This document shows positions 51,078-60,456 of a DNA stretch of 64,000 nt, piece by piece. The position numbers were made by a program, and so were the translations under genes. A model generated the notes under the pieces. It made no database searches. It was not told where the DNA came from and saw nothing but the letters and a program-made list of their open reading frames with translations. The stretch is from positions 119,344 to 183,343 of the forward strand of contig JAVCDA010000010.1 of the NCBI GenBank assembly GCA_030765145.1, in the 5' to 3' direction. This DNA is from Candidatus Saelkia tenebricola (GTDB taxonomy: Bacteria; Omnitrophota; Gorgyraeia; Kaelpiales; Kaelpiaceae). The stretch's first letter is position 1. Every line of letters begins with the position of its first letter.

Positions 51078-52799
51078 ATGACAGATAAACTATTAGCATT
51101 AAGACACTCTGCGGCTCACGTTATGGCGGATGCCGTTAAATCGTTATTTCCGGATGTCAAACTCGGAATAGGTCCTGCCATTGAAAATGGTTTTTATTAT
51201 GATTTTGATTTAGAGCATAGATTTACACCTCAGGATTTGGAAAAAATTGAAAAGAAAATGCAAAATATTATAAATAAAAACTGTGCTTTTGAAAAAAAAG
51301 AGCTGTCTAAAAAAGAAGCAGGCGCGCTTTTTAAAGAAAAAGGCGAACACTACAAGTTGGAGCTTTTGGATGAAATTCCACAAAGCACAGTAAATATTTA
51401 TGGGCATGGAGATTTTATAGATTTATGTAAAGGTCCTCATGTTCAAAAAACAGGAGAGATTAAAGCTTTTAAACTTCTTTCAATAGCAGGTGCTTACTGG
51501 AGGGGGAATGAGTCTAATAAAATGCTGCAGAGGATTTACGGCACGGCATTTTTAGAGAGAGATATATTAGATGCTTATCTTGAAAAATTAAAAGAAGCAG
51601 AAAAACGGGATCATAGAAAATTAGGCAAAGAGCTGGGTCTGTTTTCTTTTTTTGAAGAAGCTGGGGCAGGGCTAGTGTTTTATTTGCCTAAAGGGGCGAT
51701 TTTAAGAAAAATAATCGAGGATTATATTTTCCAAAAGCATAGCAAGAAAAATTATCAGACTGTAATTACGCCCCATATTTTAAAATCAGATTTATGGAAA
51801 CGTTCTGGACATTACGATTATTACAAAGAAAATATGTACATATTTCAATCTGATAATACGGAATATGCAATAAAGCCTATGAATTGTCCGGGTCATATTC
51901 TGATTTATAAATCACAACGTCATAGCTATAGAGAACTTCCGATAAAAATGTTTGAAGCAGGAACAGTTTACAGAAATGAAAAAACCGGAGTTTTGCACGG
52001 CTTGTTAAGAGTTCGAGGATTTACACAAGATGATGCACATATATTTTGCCGTGAAGATCAACTGCAGCAGGAAATCATTGATGTTATTCTTTTTACTAAA
52101 GAAATAATGGATGATTTTGGATTTAAAGAATTTGAAATAGAGCTAAGTACGCGTCCTGAAGAGTCTATTGGTAGTAATGAGGAATGGGGAAAAGCAACAG
52201 CAGCTTTGATTAACGCATTAAGCGAGCTGAGCTTAGAATATACAACACATCCAGGTGAAGGGGCTTTTTACGGGCCGAAAATAGACATCAAACTTAAAGA
52301 CGCTTTAGGCCGTCTTTGGCAATGTGCGACAATACAATGTGATTTTGCCGGGCCTGAAAGATTTGATATCACATATATCGGAGAGGATGGGAAGTCCTAT
52401 CGTACTATAATGCTTCACAGAGCGATTTTGGGAAGCTTAGAACGTTTCATAGGAACTTTAATCGAACATTACGGTGGTGCTTTTCCTCTTTGGCTAGCAC
52501 CTGAACAAGTGCGGATAATTGCTATTTCAGAAAAATTCCTTGCATATAGCGAAAATTTAAAGACAATGTTAGATAAGGAAAACATTCGTGTTACTGTTGA
52601 TAGGCGAGATGAAACCTTGGGTTACAAAATAAGGCAGGCAGAGCTGGAAAAAATACCCTACCTGTTAATTTGCGGGAAGAAAGAGGAGGAGGCTAAAACA
52701 GCCTCGGTTCGTTCCAGGAAAAACGGAGACGAAGGTAGTGTTGAACTGGAACGGTTAATTAAGAGATTAAAGGAAGAAGCCTATGGTAAGACCGTATAA
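51078..52799 (+). CDS. thrS: threonine--tRNA ligase (short form lacking N-terminal TGS domain)
   Basis: Begins in the second additional domain (HSAAHVMADAV). Class II catalytic core and C-terminal anticodon-binding domain. 573 aa. Confidence 0.9.
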   Translation: MTDKLLALRHSAAHVMADAVKSLFPDVKLGIGPAIENGFYYDFDLEHRFTPQDLEKIEKKMQNIINKNCAFEKKELSKKEAGALFKEKGEHYKLELLDEIPQSTVNIYGHGDFIDLCKGPHVQKTGEIKAFKLLSIAGAYWRGNESNKMLQRIYGTAFLERDILDAYLEKLKEAEKRDHRKLGKELGLFSFFEEAGAGLVFYLPKGAILRKIIEDYIFQKHSKKNYQTVITPHILKSDLWKRSGHYDYYKENMYIFQSDNTEYAIKPMNCPGHILIYKSQRHSYRELPIKMFEAGTVYRNEKTGVLHGLLRVRGFTQDDAHIFCREDQLQQEIIDVILFTKEIMDDFGFKEFEIELSTRPEESIGSNEEWGKATAALINALSELSLEYTTHPGEGAFYGPKIDIKLKDALGRLWQCATIQCDFAGPERFDITYIGEDGKSYRTIMLHRAILGSLERFIGTLIEHYGGAFPLWLAPEQVRIIAISEKFLAYSENLKTMLDKENIRVTVDRRDETLGYKIRQAELEKIPYLLICGKKEEEAKTASVRSRKNGDEGSVELERLIKRLKEEAYGKTV

Positions 52800-53328
52800 T
52801 CGGTATAATAGAGGGAAACCTCAGAGAAGAACTAATATTAATCATTGGATTAAGGCAGAAAGAATAAGATTAATTGATGCAGATGGAACTCAAATTGGGA
52901 TTGTACCGCTGGAGGAAGGGTTAAAACTTGCAGAGCAGCAAAGCTTGGATTTAGTTGAGATTGCTGGTCAAACAAATCCTCCGGTTTGCAGAGTTTTAGA
53001 TTTTAGCAAATTTAAATATCAGCAGGATAAAAGAGAAAAAGAAGCCAAAAAGAAACAAAAGCACGTACATTTTAAAGAGGTACGCCTGAAACCGAGGATA
53101 GAAGAGCATGATTACCAGGTTAAGCTTAAAGGAATCAAGAAATTTTTAGAAAAAGGAGATCGTGTTAAAATAAGACTTTTTTTCAGGGGGCGGGAAATGG
53201 CTCATCCTGAATTAGGAGATAAGGTGATTAAAAAATTATTAGAAGATGTTGAAGAGATAGCAAGCGTTGAAAAACCTCCTACTAGGGAGGGTAGAAATAT
53301 CATCTGCGTTTTATTTCCGAAGCATTAG
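52783..53328 (+). CDS. infC: translation initiation factor IF-3
   Basis: INHWIKAERIRLIDADGTQIGIV and VCRVLDFSKFKYQ motifs. Overlaps the thrS end by 17 nt; exact start uncertain. Confidence 0.85.
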   Translation: MVRPYNRYNRGKPQRRTNINHWIKAERIRLIDADGTQIGIVPLEEGLKLAEQQSLDLVEIAGQTNPPVCRVLDFSKFKYQQDKREKEAKKKQKHVHFKEVRLKPRIEEHDYQVKLKGIKKFLEKGDRVKIRLFFRGREMAHPELGDKVIKKLLEDVEEIASVEKPPTREGRNIICVLFPKH

Positions 53329-53337
53329 GAGGAGAAT

Positions 53338-53535
53338 ATGCCTAAGTTAAAGACAAGAAAAGCTGTGAAAAAACGGGTTAAAGTTACAGGCACGGGTAAA
53401 GTTAAAAGAGCCAAAGCAGGGAAAAAACATCTTATGAGGAAAAAGAATTCCAAAAGAAGACTTTCTCTAAAAAAAGGAGCATATGTGAGTAAGGTTGAAG
53501 AGAAAAAAATTAAATCAATGCTTCCATATGGATAA
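53338..53535 (+). CDS. rpmI: 50S ribosomal protein L35
   Basis: MPKLKTRKAVKKRVKVTGTGK... Confidence 0.9.
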   Translation: MPKLKTRKAVKKRVKVTGTGKVKRAKAGKKHLMRKKNSKRRLSLKKGAYVSKVEEKKIKSMLPYG

Positions 53536-53559
53536 AAGCAAAACAGGAGGGAATATATA

Positions 53560-53919
53560 ATGGCAAGGGTTACATGTGCACCGACAAGGCGAAAAAGACA
53601 TAATAAGATTTTAAAAATGGCAAAAGGTTATCGTGGAGGGCGAGGGAAGCTCTTTCGTACGGCGATTGAAACTGTACACAGAGCGTTAGTGTACAGCTAT
53701 AGAGACAGAAAGGTGAAAAAAAGATTGTTCCGCAGGCTATGGATAACCAGGATTTCCAGTTCCTGTAAGAATGAGGGAATATCTTACAGCAAGCTTATTT
53801 ATGGATTAAATAAGGCAGATATTCAAATAGATAGAAAAAATTTAGCCGAAATGGCTATTAACGATTTGAATGGATTTAAAAAGCTTGTTGCTGTTGCTAA
53901 AGAGCAAATTGCCAATTAA
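53560..53919 (+). CDS. rplT: 50S ribosomal protein L20
   Basis: MARVTCAPTRRKRHNKILKMAKGYRG... Confidence 0.95.
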   Translation: MARVTCAPTRRKRHNKILKMAKGYRGGRGKLFRTAIETVHRALVYSYRDRKVKKRLFRRLWITRISSSCKNEGISYSKLIYGLNKADIQIDRKNLAEMAINDLNGFKKLVAVAKEQIAN

Positions 53920-55217
53920 TGCAAATAAAGCCTGCACGAATAATAGCCCTAAGCTTTCTTATCGCAATCTTTTTTGGGGTGTTATTTCTTCTTCTACCTG
54001 TTTCGACAGAAGGAGAAATAGCGTTTATTGATGCACTCTTTACAGCAACATCTGCTGTTTGTGTAACAGGGCTGGTTGTTCAAAATACAGGTGCATTTTT
54101 TACCTCATTTGGCCAGGGGGTAATTTTGGTGCTGTTTCAACTGGGGGGGTTAGGAATAATGGCCTTCTCTACGATTTTTGCTTTAATGTTAGGCAAGCGG
54201 ATTACTATTAGAGGTAGACGGGCCTTAAGCGTTGTTTTTGAAAATGTAGAGATAGATGTCAAAGTTCTTTTGAAATGGATTTTTGTTTGCACCGTTCTTA
54301 TGGAAGCACTGGGCGCTGTGATCCTAAATTTTTATTGGCGCGATTTAGGTTTTTTTAATGCACTTTTTCATTCGGTTTCTGCATTCTGCAACGCAGGGTT
54401 TTCTTTGTTCCCAATGAGCCTGCAGGATGCGCGTTCAAGTATTCTGATAAACGCTGTATTTATATTACTGATTGTTAGCGGGGGTATAGGGTTTTTAGTT
54501 TTATACGATCTTGGAAGATTATTAAAACATAAAATAATAAAAAAAGATATGCGATTGACTTTGCATTCAAAAATGGTTTTGATTATAACTATTGCGTTGT
54601 TTATATTGGGAGCAGTTTTTCTGTTTATCTCAGAAAATCAAGGAGTATTAGAAGGGACTACTTTAAATAGTAAAGTATTGGCTGCATGTTTTCAATCCGT
54701 AACAGCACGGACTGCTGGTTTCAATACTGTTGAGATTGCAAAGTTGAATCCCGGGTCTAAAATGTTGCTTTCAATGCTTATGTTTGTTGGAGCGTCTCCA
54801 GGATCTACCGGTGGAGGTGTAAAAACAGTAACATTCGGGTTGATTATTTTAGGGATTGTGGCAATCTTACGAGGCAAAAATCAAATCAGGTTTTTTAACA
54901 GAGCAATACCGCTTAAGCTTTTTGAAAAAGCGGTTGTTATTTTCACTTTAAGCATACTATGGATATTCTTTGCTGTATTGGTACTGTTTTTTACGGAGCA
55001 GCAGAATGCCTTGCATATAATTTTTGAAGTTATTTCTGCTTTTGGTACTGTTGGATTATCTTGCGGGATAACTGCTCAATTGACCATTATAGGAAAGTTG
55101 ATTATAATTCTAACTATGTTTTTTGGAAGAATTGGCCCTATGACTCTTGCTATTGCTCTTGCGAGACGAGAGACAGGTGATTTTAAATTACCCGAAGAAA
55201 ATGTAATGGTGGGCTAA
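53919..55217 (+). CDS. TrkH/KtrB family potassium uptake membrane protein
   Basis: Repeated pore-loop architecture with GASPGSTGGGVKT and FGTVGLS selectivity-filter-like motifs. Its start abuts the rplT stop. Confidence 0.85.
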   Translation: MQIKPARIIALSFLIAIFFGVLFLLLPVSTEGEIAFIDALFTATSAVCVTGLVVQNTGAFFTSFGQGVILVLFQLGGLGIMAFSTIFALMLGKRITIRGRRALSVVFENVEIDVKVLLKWIFVCTVLMEALGAVILNFYWRDLGFFNALFHSVSAFCNAGFSLFPMSLQDARSSILINAVFILLIVSGGIGFLVLYDLGRLLKHKIIKKDMRLTLHSKMVLIITIALFILGAVFLFISENQGVLEGTTLNSKVLAACFQSVTARTAGFNTVEIAKLNPGSKMLLSMLMFVGASPGSTGGGVKTVTFGLIILGIVAILRGKNQIRFFNRAIPLKLFEKAVVIFTLSILWIFFAVLVLFFTEQQNALHIIFEVISAFGTVGLSCGITAQLTIIGKLIIILTMFFGRIGPMTLAIALARRETGDFKLPEENVMVG

Positions 55218-55262
55218 ATAGTTTTTAACAAAAGTTTAGTTAGAAGCTGATAGGAGGCAACT

Positions 55263-55916
55263 ATGAGACAGTATGCTGTAATAGGTCTTGGCAAATTTGG
55301 TCAGAGCGTAGCATTTACATTAGCAGAAAATGAAGAACAGGTTATAGGTATTGATTCTGCAGAAGAGGTGATTAAGGATCTTGCCGATAAACTTACTAAT
55401 GTTGTTCAGGCAGATGCCAGAAACGAAAAGACGTTAAAAACATTAGGCATTACTGATGTTGATGCGGCAATTGTTTCTGTAGGAGGGGATTTTGAGGCCA
55501 GCGTTTTAATTACTTTGGCGCTTAAGGGGCTGGGTGTTAAAGAAATTGTTGTTAAGGCCAACTCAGAAAGCCAGGTTCAAGTGCTTGAAAAAATAGGTGC
55601 AACTCGGGTAATTCAACCTGAGAGAGATATTGGCGTAAGACTTGCTAAATCTTTAGTATCCCCGCGGATTATAGACCATATAGAATTGTCCAGTGACTAT
55701 AGCCTGCTGGAAATGGCGCCACCTAAGGATTTTATTGGCAAATCTTTAAAAGCATTGGATGTCAGGGCACAGTACGGGATTAATGTTATTGCCGTGAAAC
55801 ATGAGCATGGAGAAATAGATATTGCTCCTGCTGCAGGGCATGTGATTAAAGAAGGAGATCTTTTGATTGTTATAGGCAAAAATAAAGATATAGACAAAGT
55901 AAAGAAAAAAGCGTGA
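55263..55916 (+). CDS. TrkA/KtrA NAD-binding potassium uptake regulatory subunit
   Basis: Rossmann GLGKFG motif plus a C-terminal TrkA_C domain. Confidence 0.85.
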   Translation: MRQYAVIGLGKFGQSVAFTLAENEEQVIGIDSAEEVIKDLADKLTNVVQADARNEKTLKTLGITDVDAAIVSVGGDFEASVLITLALKGLGVKEIVVKANSESQVQVLEKIGATRVIQPERDIGVRLAKSLVSPRIIDHIELSSDYSLLEMAPPKDFIGKSLKALDVRAQYGINVIAVKHEHGEIDIAPAAGHVIKEGDLLIVIGKNKDIDKVKKKA

Positions 55917-56929
55917 ACATCACAGATATCCAAAATATATTTACAGAAGCTGAGGAAAAAATTAGTCAGGCAAGTGATTCTAATGAGCTTGATGAGATAA
56001 AACATTTTTATTTGGGCAGGAAAGGTAAAATGGCCCAAGTTATTAAACAGATTCCGGAATTACCCGAAGAAAAGCGTCCTTTAGCAGGTAAAGAGTCTAA
56101 TATCATAAAAGGGAAGATACAATCATTGCTTTCAGACAGAACTCAGCAGCTGAAAACAGGCCAAGAAAAAACTCAAAAAATAGATACTTCTTTACCCGCT
56201 GTTAAACGAACTCTTGGCGGGAGACATCCTATCACAATAGTAATAGACGATATTTGTAAGATTTTTGAGCATATCGGATTTACTCTTGTAGAAGGCCCTG
56301 AGATAGAGACGGATTACTATAATTTCAAAGCTCTAAACATCCCCGAAGGACATCCTGCCAGGGACAATTTCGCTACTTTTTATCTGCCCAAAGACAACAT
56401 GCTTTTACGTTCCCAGACCTCACCTGTGCAGATAAGAATTATGAAAGATGTAGAACCTCCGTTAAGAATTTTATCTCCGGGTAAGGTTTTCAGGCCTGAT
56501 AATTTGGATGCCAGCCATTCTTTTATGTTTCATCAAATAGAAGGATTAGTGGTTGATAAAAAAACTAATTTTACGCATCTTAAGGCGTCATTATCGTACT
56601 TTGTAAAGAATTTTTTTGGAAGAGATGTTACTATGAGGTTTCGGCCGCATTATTTCCCTTTCACAGAACCGTCTGCAGAGGTTGATATTGCCTGTATTAT
56701 ATGCGGTGGAGAGGGGTGTTCTGTGTGCAGCAGAACAGGATGGCTTGAGATTCTTGGCGCAGGCATGGTGCATCCAAATGTTTTAAAAGAAGTAGGGATT
56801 GAAGAATCCATATTTCAGGGGTATGCTTTCGGGCTGGGTATTGAGCGGATTGCTATGCTTAAGTACGGTATTACTGATATCAGAATGTTTTTTAATAATG
56901 ACATGAGGTTTTTAAAACAGTTTTCATGA
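55913..56929 (+). CDS. pheS: phenylalanine--tRNA ligase alpha subunit
   Basis: Class II aaRS motifs (FRPHYFPFTEPS, GAGMVHP). Confidence 0.95.
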   Translation: MNITDIQNIFTEAEEKISQASDSNELDEIKHFYLGRKGKMAQVIKQIPELPEEKRPLAGKESNIIKGKIQSLLSDRTQQLKTGQEKTQKIDTSLPAVKRTLGGRHPITIVIDDICKIFEHIGFTLVEGPEIETDYYNFKALNIPEGHPARDNFATFYLPKDNMLLRSQTSPVQIRIMKDVEPPLRILSPGKVFRPDNLDASHSFMFHQIEGLVVDKKTNFTHLKASLSYFVKNFFGRDVTMRFRPHYFPFTEPSAEVDIACIICGGEGCSVCSRTGWLEILGAGMVHPNVLKEVGIEESIFQGYAFGLGIERIAMLKYGITDIRMFFNNDMRFLKQFS

Positions 56930-59004
56930 AAGTTTTATTATCTTGGCTAAAAGATTTTGTTGATATCGATGTTTCTGTTGAGCAATTAGCAGATACTCTT
57001 ACAAAAAATGGTTTGGAAGTAGGAGAAATTCAATCTGTCGGGGAAGACTTTGTTTTAGATATTGAGATTACTCCTAATAGGCCGGATTGTCTTTCTATCG
57101 TAGGCGTAGCCCGCGAGTGTGCTATTGGGCTAAGTAAAAGATTTACTCCGCCCAGGCTAATATTTTTACCCAAAATATCATCGGCTTATCTAAAAGAAAC
57201 GAAGTTTGGGGTTACAATAGGTGCTCAGGAGGCATGCCTTAGATATATTGGCAGAGTTTTGCTCGATGTAGAAATAGCGCCGTCTCCGGATTTTATCAAA
57301 GAGAGACTGGAAAAAATCGGTTTGCGTTCTATAAATAATGTTGTTGATATAACAAATTATATTCTAATCGAGACCGGACAGCCTATGCATGCTTTTGATT
57401 ATGATAAAATTGAAGGAAAACAAATAATTGTAAGATTTGCCAAAGAAGGAGAGCAAATAATTTCTCTCGATGAGACCCAAAGACAGCTATCGAAACAAGA
57501 CCTCGTTATTGCAGATATCAAGCGACCGATAGCTTTAGCAGGCATTATGGGAGGCTATGATACAGAGGTTACATCTAAAACAAGAAATGTTGTTTTAGAA
57601 AGTGCTTTTTTTCATCCCCAGACCATTAGAAAAGCTGCCCAAAGACATGCTTTGACTACAGAGGCATCGTACAGATTTGAAAGAGGTGTTGATTTTCCAA
57701 CAGTAGATACAGCTTCTGTATATGCGGTGGACTTAATATCCAAATATGCATCAAGAAGTAGCAATAAGACCACAGTGATTATTGATAAAACCGTAGATGT
57801 TATAATAAAACAAGTTGCACTTTCTTCCAAAGTTGTTTTGAAGTATGAAGACGTAGAAAAGGTTCTTGGTATTATGCCTTCTGTGTTTTGGATTCGTAAA
57901 CTGATCAAAAATTTAGGATGCGAAATAATGTCGGTTTCCAAAGAAAGTCTCAAAATCCAAGCCCCAAGCACAAGGAGTGATCTTAAAATAAACATCGACT
58001 ATATAGAAGAAATAGCGCGGTTTTATGGTTATGACAAAATTCCCTCGCAGGGATTACCCGAGCTAATGGTTGAAAAAGAGCCGGTTCTTAAAAATTTTAG
58101 CGAAAAAGATTTTGAGAACCAAGCTAAGGATGTTTTTATTAAAACAGGTTTGAGAGAAGTGATTACCTATGCCTTGCTTTCCGAAGATGAAATAGAAGAA
58201 CTTAAGATCAAGAACACCTTACCTTTAAAAAACCCTCTGGCAAAAAGTTATTCTGTTTTACGGCCGGTGATTTTTCCTTCTCTCTTGAAAGTTGCAAAAT
58301 ATAATTTTAATCGTGGAGTTTATGACCTTGCTATCTTTGAACTGGGTAAAGTTTATTCCAGCATAAACAGTGAGCCTTGTGAACGCAAGGTGGCGGGAAT
58401 TTTATTGTCCGGGAAGAAATACCAGGATTGTTTCGGTAATGAAATAGAATATAACTTTTATGATTTAAAATTTGCTGTGGAAACTTTATTGAGTTATTTT
58501 AAAATAAGTGATTACAGCATTAAAGAAGCAAAGCAAATGTTTTTTTCTAACTCTTGTTCGGCTGAGATATCGGTGTCTAATGAAAAATCTGCATTGATAG
58601 GCAAGGTCTCAGGTAAAATAAAGACTTACTATGATTTGAAACGGGATATTTATATTGGCGAAATTTATCTCGACACAATTAAGAAAGGAATGAAAAATGT
58701 AATTCGACATCAGAAAATTACCCAATATCCGTTTATTGATAGGGATTTTTCTTTGCTTTTGCCTAAAGCTGTTTCTGCCGGAGAAATTATAGAGCATATC
58801 CAAGGCAAAAATGATTTAATTTGTGCGGTAGATATAATAGATGTTTATGAGGGTAAACAAATTCCTCTTGACATGAAAAGTATCACTATAAGAATAAGAT
58901 TCCAATCTGACGAGAAAACCCTTAAAGATGTAGAGGTTGATAGGATTTGTGAAGGGGTTAAAGAAACTCTGGTAAAAGAATTGCCTTGTCAAATCAGAAA
59001 GTAA
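56926..59004 (+). CDS. pheT: phenylalanine--tRNA ligase beta subunit (short form without N-terminal tRNA-binding OB domain)
   Basis: Starts directly with the MKVLLSWLKDFVD B3/B4 region. 692 aa, against about 800 for the canonical form. Confidence 0.9.
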   Translation: MKVLLSWLKDFVDIDVSVEQLADTLTKNGLEVGEIQSVGEDFVLDIEITPNRPDCLSIVGVARECAIGLSKRFTPPRLIFLPKISSAYLKETKFGVTIGAQEACLRYIGRVLLDVEIAPSPDFIKERLEKIGLRSINNVVDITNYILIETGQPMHAFDYDKIEGKQIIVRFAKEGEQIISLDETQRQLSKQDLVIADIKRPIALAGIMGGYDTEVTSKTRNVVLESAFFHPQTIRKAAQRHALTTEASYRFERGVDFPTVDTASVYAVDLISKYASRSSNKTTVIIDKTVDVIIKQVALSSKVVLKYEDVEKVLGIMPSVFWIRKLIKNLGCEIMSVSKESLKIQAPSTRSDLKINIDYIEEIARFYGYDKIPSQGLPELMVEKEPVLKNFSEKDFENQAKDVFIKTGLREVITYALLSEDEIEELKIKNTLPLKNPLAKSYSVLRPVIFPSLLKVAKYNFNRGVYDLAIFELGKVYSSINSEPCERKVAGILLSGKKYQDCFGNEIEYNFYDLKFAVETLLSYFKISDYSIKEAKQMFFSNSCSAEISVSNEKSALIGKVSGKIKTYYDLKRDIYIGEIYLDTIKKGMKNVIRHQKITQYPFIDRDFSLLLPKAVSAGEIIEHIQGKNDLICAVDIIDVYEGKQIPLDMKSITIRIRFQSDEKTLKDVEVDRICEGVKETLVKELPCQIRK

Positions 59005-59030
59005 ATCAAATAGAGGTAGAGAAACATTTC

Positions 59031-60338
59031 ATGCAAAGTTTATTCCATTCTTCTCAAAGCGATAGTGTTACTTTAGCGGTTCGAATGAGGCCTGGGAAGA
59101 TTGAGGAATTTGTTGGCCAAGAACACCTGTTGGGGGAAAATAAAATACTTAAAAGAGCTATTGATGCAGATAAAATAGTTTCCCTCATTATTTACGGACC
59201 TCCGGGTACAGGGAAAACTGCGTTAGCAACAATTATTCAGCATAAGACGAAAGCTCATTTTGTCAGGGTTAATGCCGTTGCTTCTAACGTATCCGAGTTG
59301 CGGGAAATATTAAAACAGGCAAATCACAGGTTGCATCAGGGGTTAGGGCGCACGCTTTTGTTTATAGATGAAATACATAGATTTAACAAAGCTCAGCAGG
59401 ATATCCTGCTGCCGGATATAGAGGGAGGCAATCCAATCTTAATCGCAGCAACTACTCATAATCCGTTTTTCGTATTAACTCCGCCGTTAATTTCTCGTTC
59501 TTTGGTCTGTGAATTCAAATCTTTAAGCGAAGAAGATATTTTAAAAATTTTGAAACGTGCTTTAGAAGATAAAAAGAAGGGGTTAGGAAAGTCTAATATT
59601 ATAGTCGATAAAGAAGTTTTATGTTTTTTTGCAAAGGTTTCAGATGGTGATGCACGCAGGGCACTCAATGCTTTAGAAATTGCCTGCTTAACGACTAAAA
59701 AGAACAAACAAGGTTTTGTAAAAATTGATTTAAACATTGCTCAGGATTCAATCCAGAAAAAAGCTGTGCTATATGACAAAGACGAGGATGGGCATTATAA
59801 TACAATTTCAGCATTTATTAAATCAATGCGCGGTACAGATCCTGACGCAACGCTTTACTGGCTTGCCAAAATGATCTATGCCGGGGAGGATCCAAGGTTT
59901 ATTGCAAGAAGGATTTTAATAGCAGCCTCAGAAGATGTTGGTAATGCCGATCCTCGAGCGTTGCAGGTTGCACAAGCTGCTTGTTATGCGGTTGAGTACT
60001 TAGGTATGCCTGAGGCACGTATTCCGCTTGCACAGGCTGCAGTATATATAGCCTCTGCGCCTAAATCTAATGCGGCTTATGAAGGTATTGAGAAGGCACT
60101 TGAAGATATTAAGGAAGGGAAAACACTTGAGGTACCAAAACACCTCAAGGATACTCATTACCAGGGAGCTAAAAAATTAGGCCATGGAGAAGGTTATAAA
60201 TATCCACATTCATATCAAGGCGGATGGGTAAAACAAAATTATCTCTCTAAAGATGTGAAGTATTATTTTCCTAAAAACATAGGCTATGAGAAAAAGATTC
60301 AAGAGTTTTTAAAACAGCTTGAGGAATTAGCAAAATAG
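59031..60338 (+). CDS. rarA: replication-associated recombination protein A (AAA+ ATPase)
   Basis: Start at MQSLF with a GAGGTAGAG SD. Walker A GPPGTGKTA, and a MgsA C-terminal domain. Confidence 0.85.
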   Translation: MQSLFHSSQSDSVTLAVRMRPGKIEEFVGQEHLLGENKILKRAIDADKIVSLIIYGPPGTGKTALATIIQHKTKAHFVRVNAVASNVSELREILKQANHRLHQGLGRTLLFIDEIHRFNKAQQDILLPDIEGGNPILIAATTHNPFFVLTPPLISRSLVCEFKSLSEEDILKILKRALEDKKKGLGKSNIIVDKEVLCFFAKVSDGDARRALNALEIACLTTKKNKQGFVKIDLNIAQDSIQKKAVLYDKDEDGHYNTISAFIKSMRGTDPDATLYWLAKMIYAGEDPRFIARRILIAASEDVGNADPRALQVAQAACYAVEYLGMPEARIPLAQAAVYIASAPKSNAAYEGIEKALEDIKEGKTLEVPKHLKDTHYQGAKKLGHGEGYKYPHSYQGGWVKQNYLSKDVKYYFPKNIGYEKKIQEFLKQLEELAK

Positions 60339-60456
60339 AATAGGTAATTATATGCGGGGAAGATTGTTTTTGTCTTCTGCAATATCTTCAGAGAATTTTT
60401 TAAGGATAATGCTTGAAAATAATTAAGGGAAAAGTAGAATATTAGAGGGCAAAACA

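Noticed and set aside
60363-60385. Possible terminator hairpin after rarA (GAAGA-TTGTTTTTG-TCTTC)
   Set aside because: Only a 5-bp stem with a loose loop, which is too weak to call.
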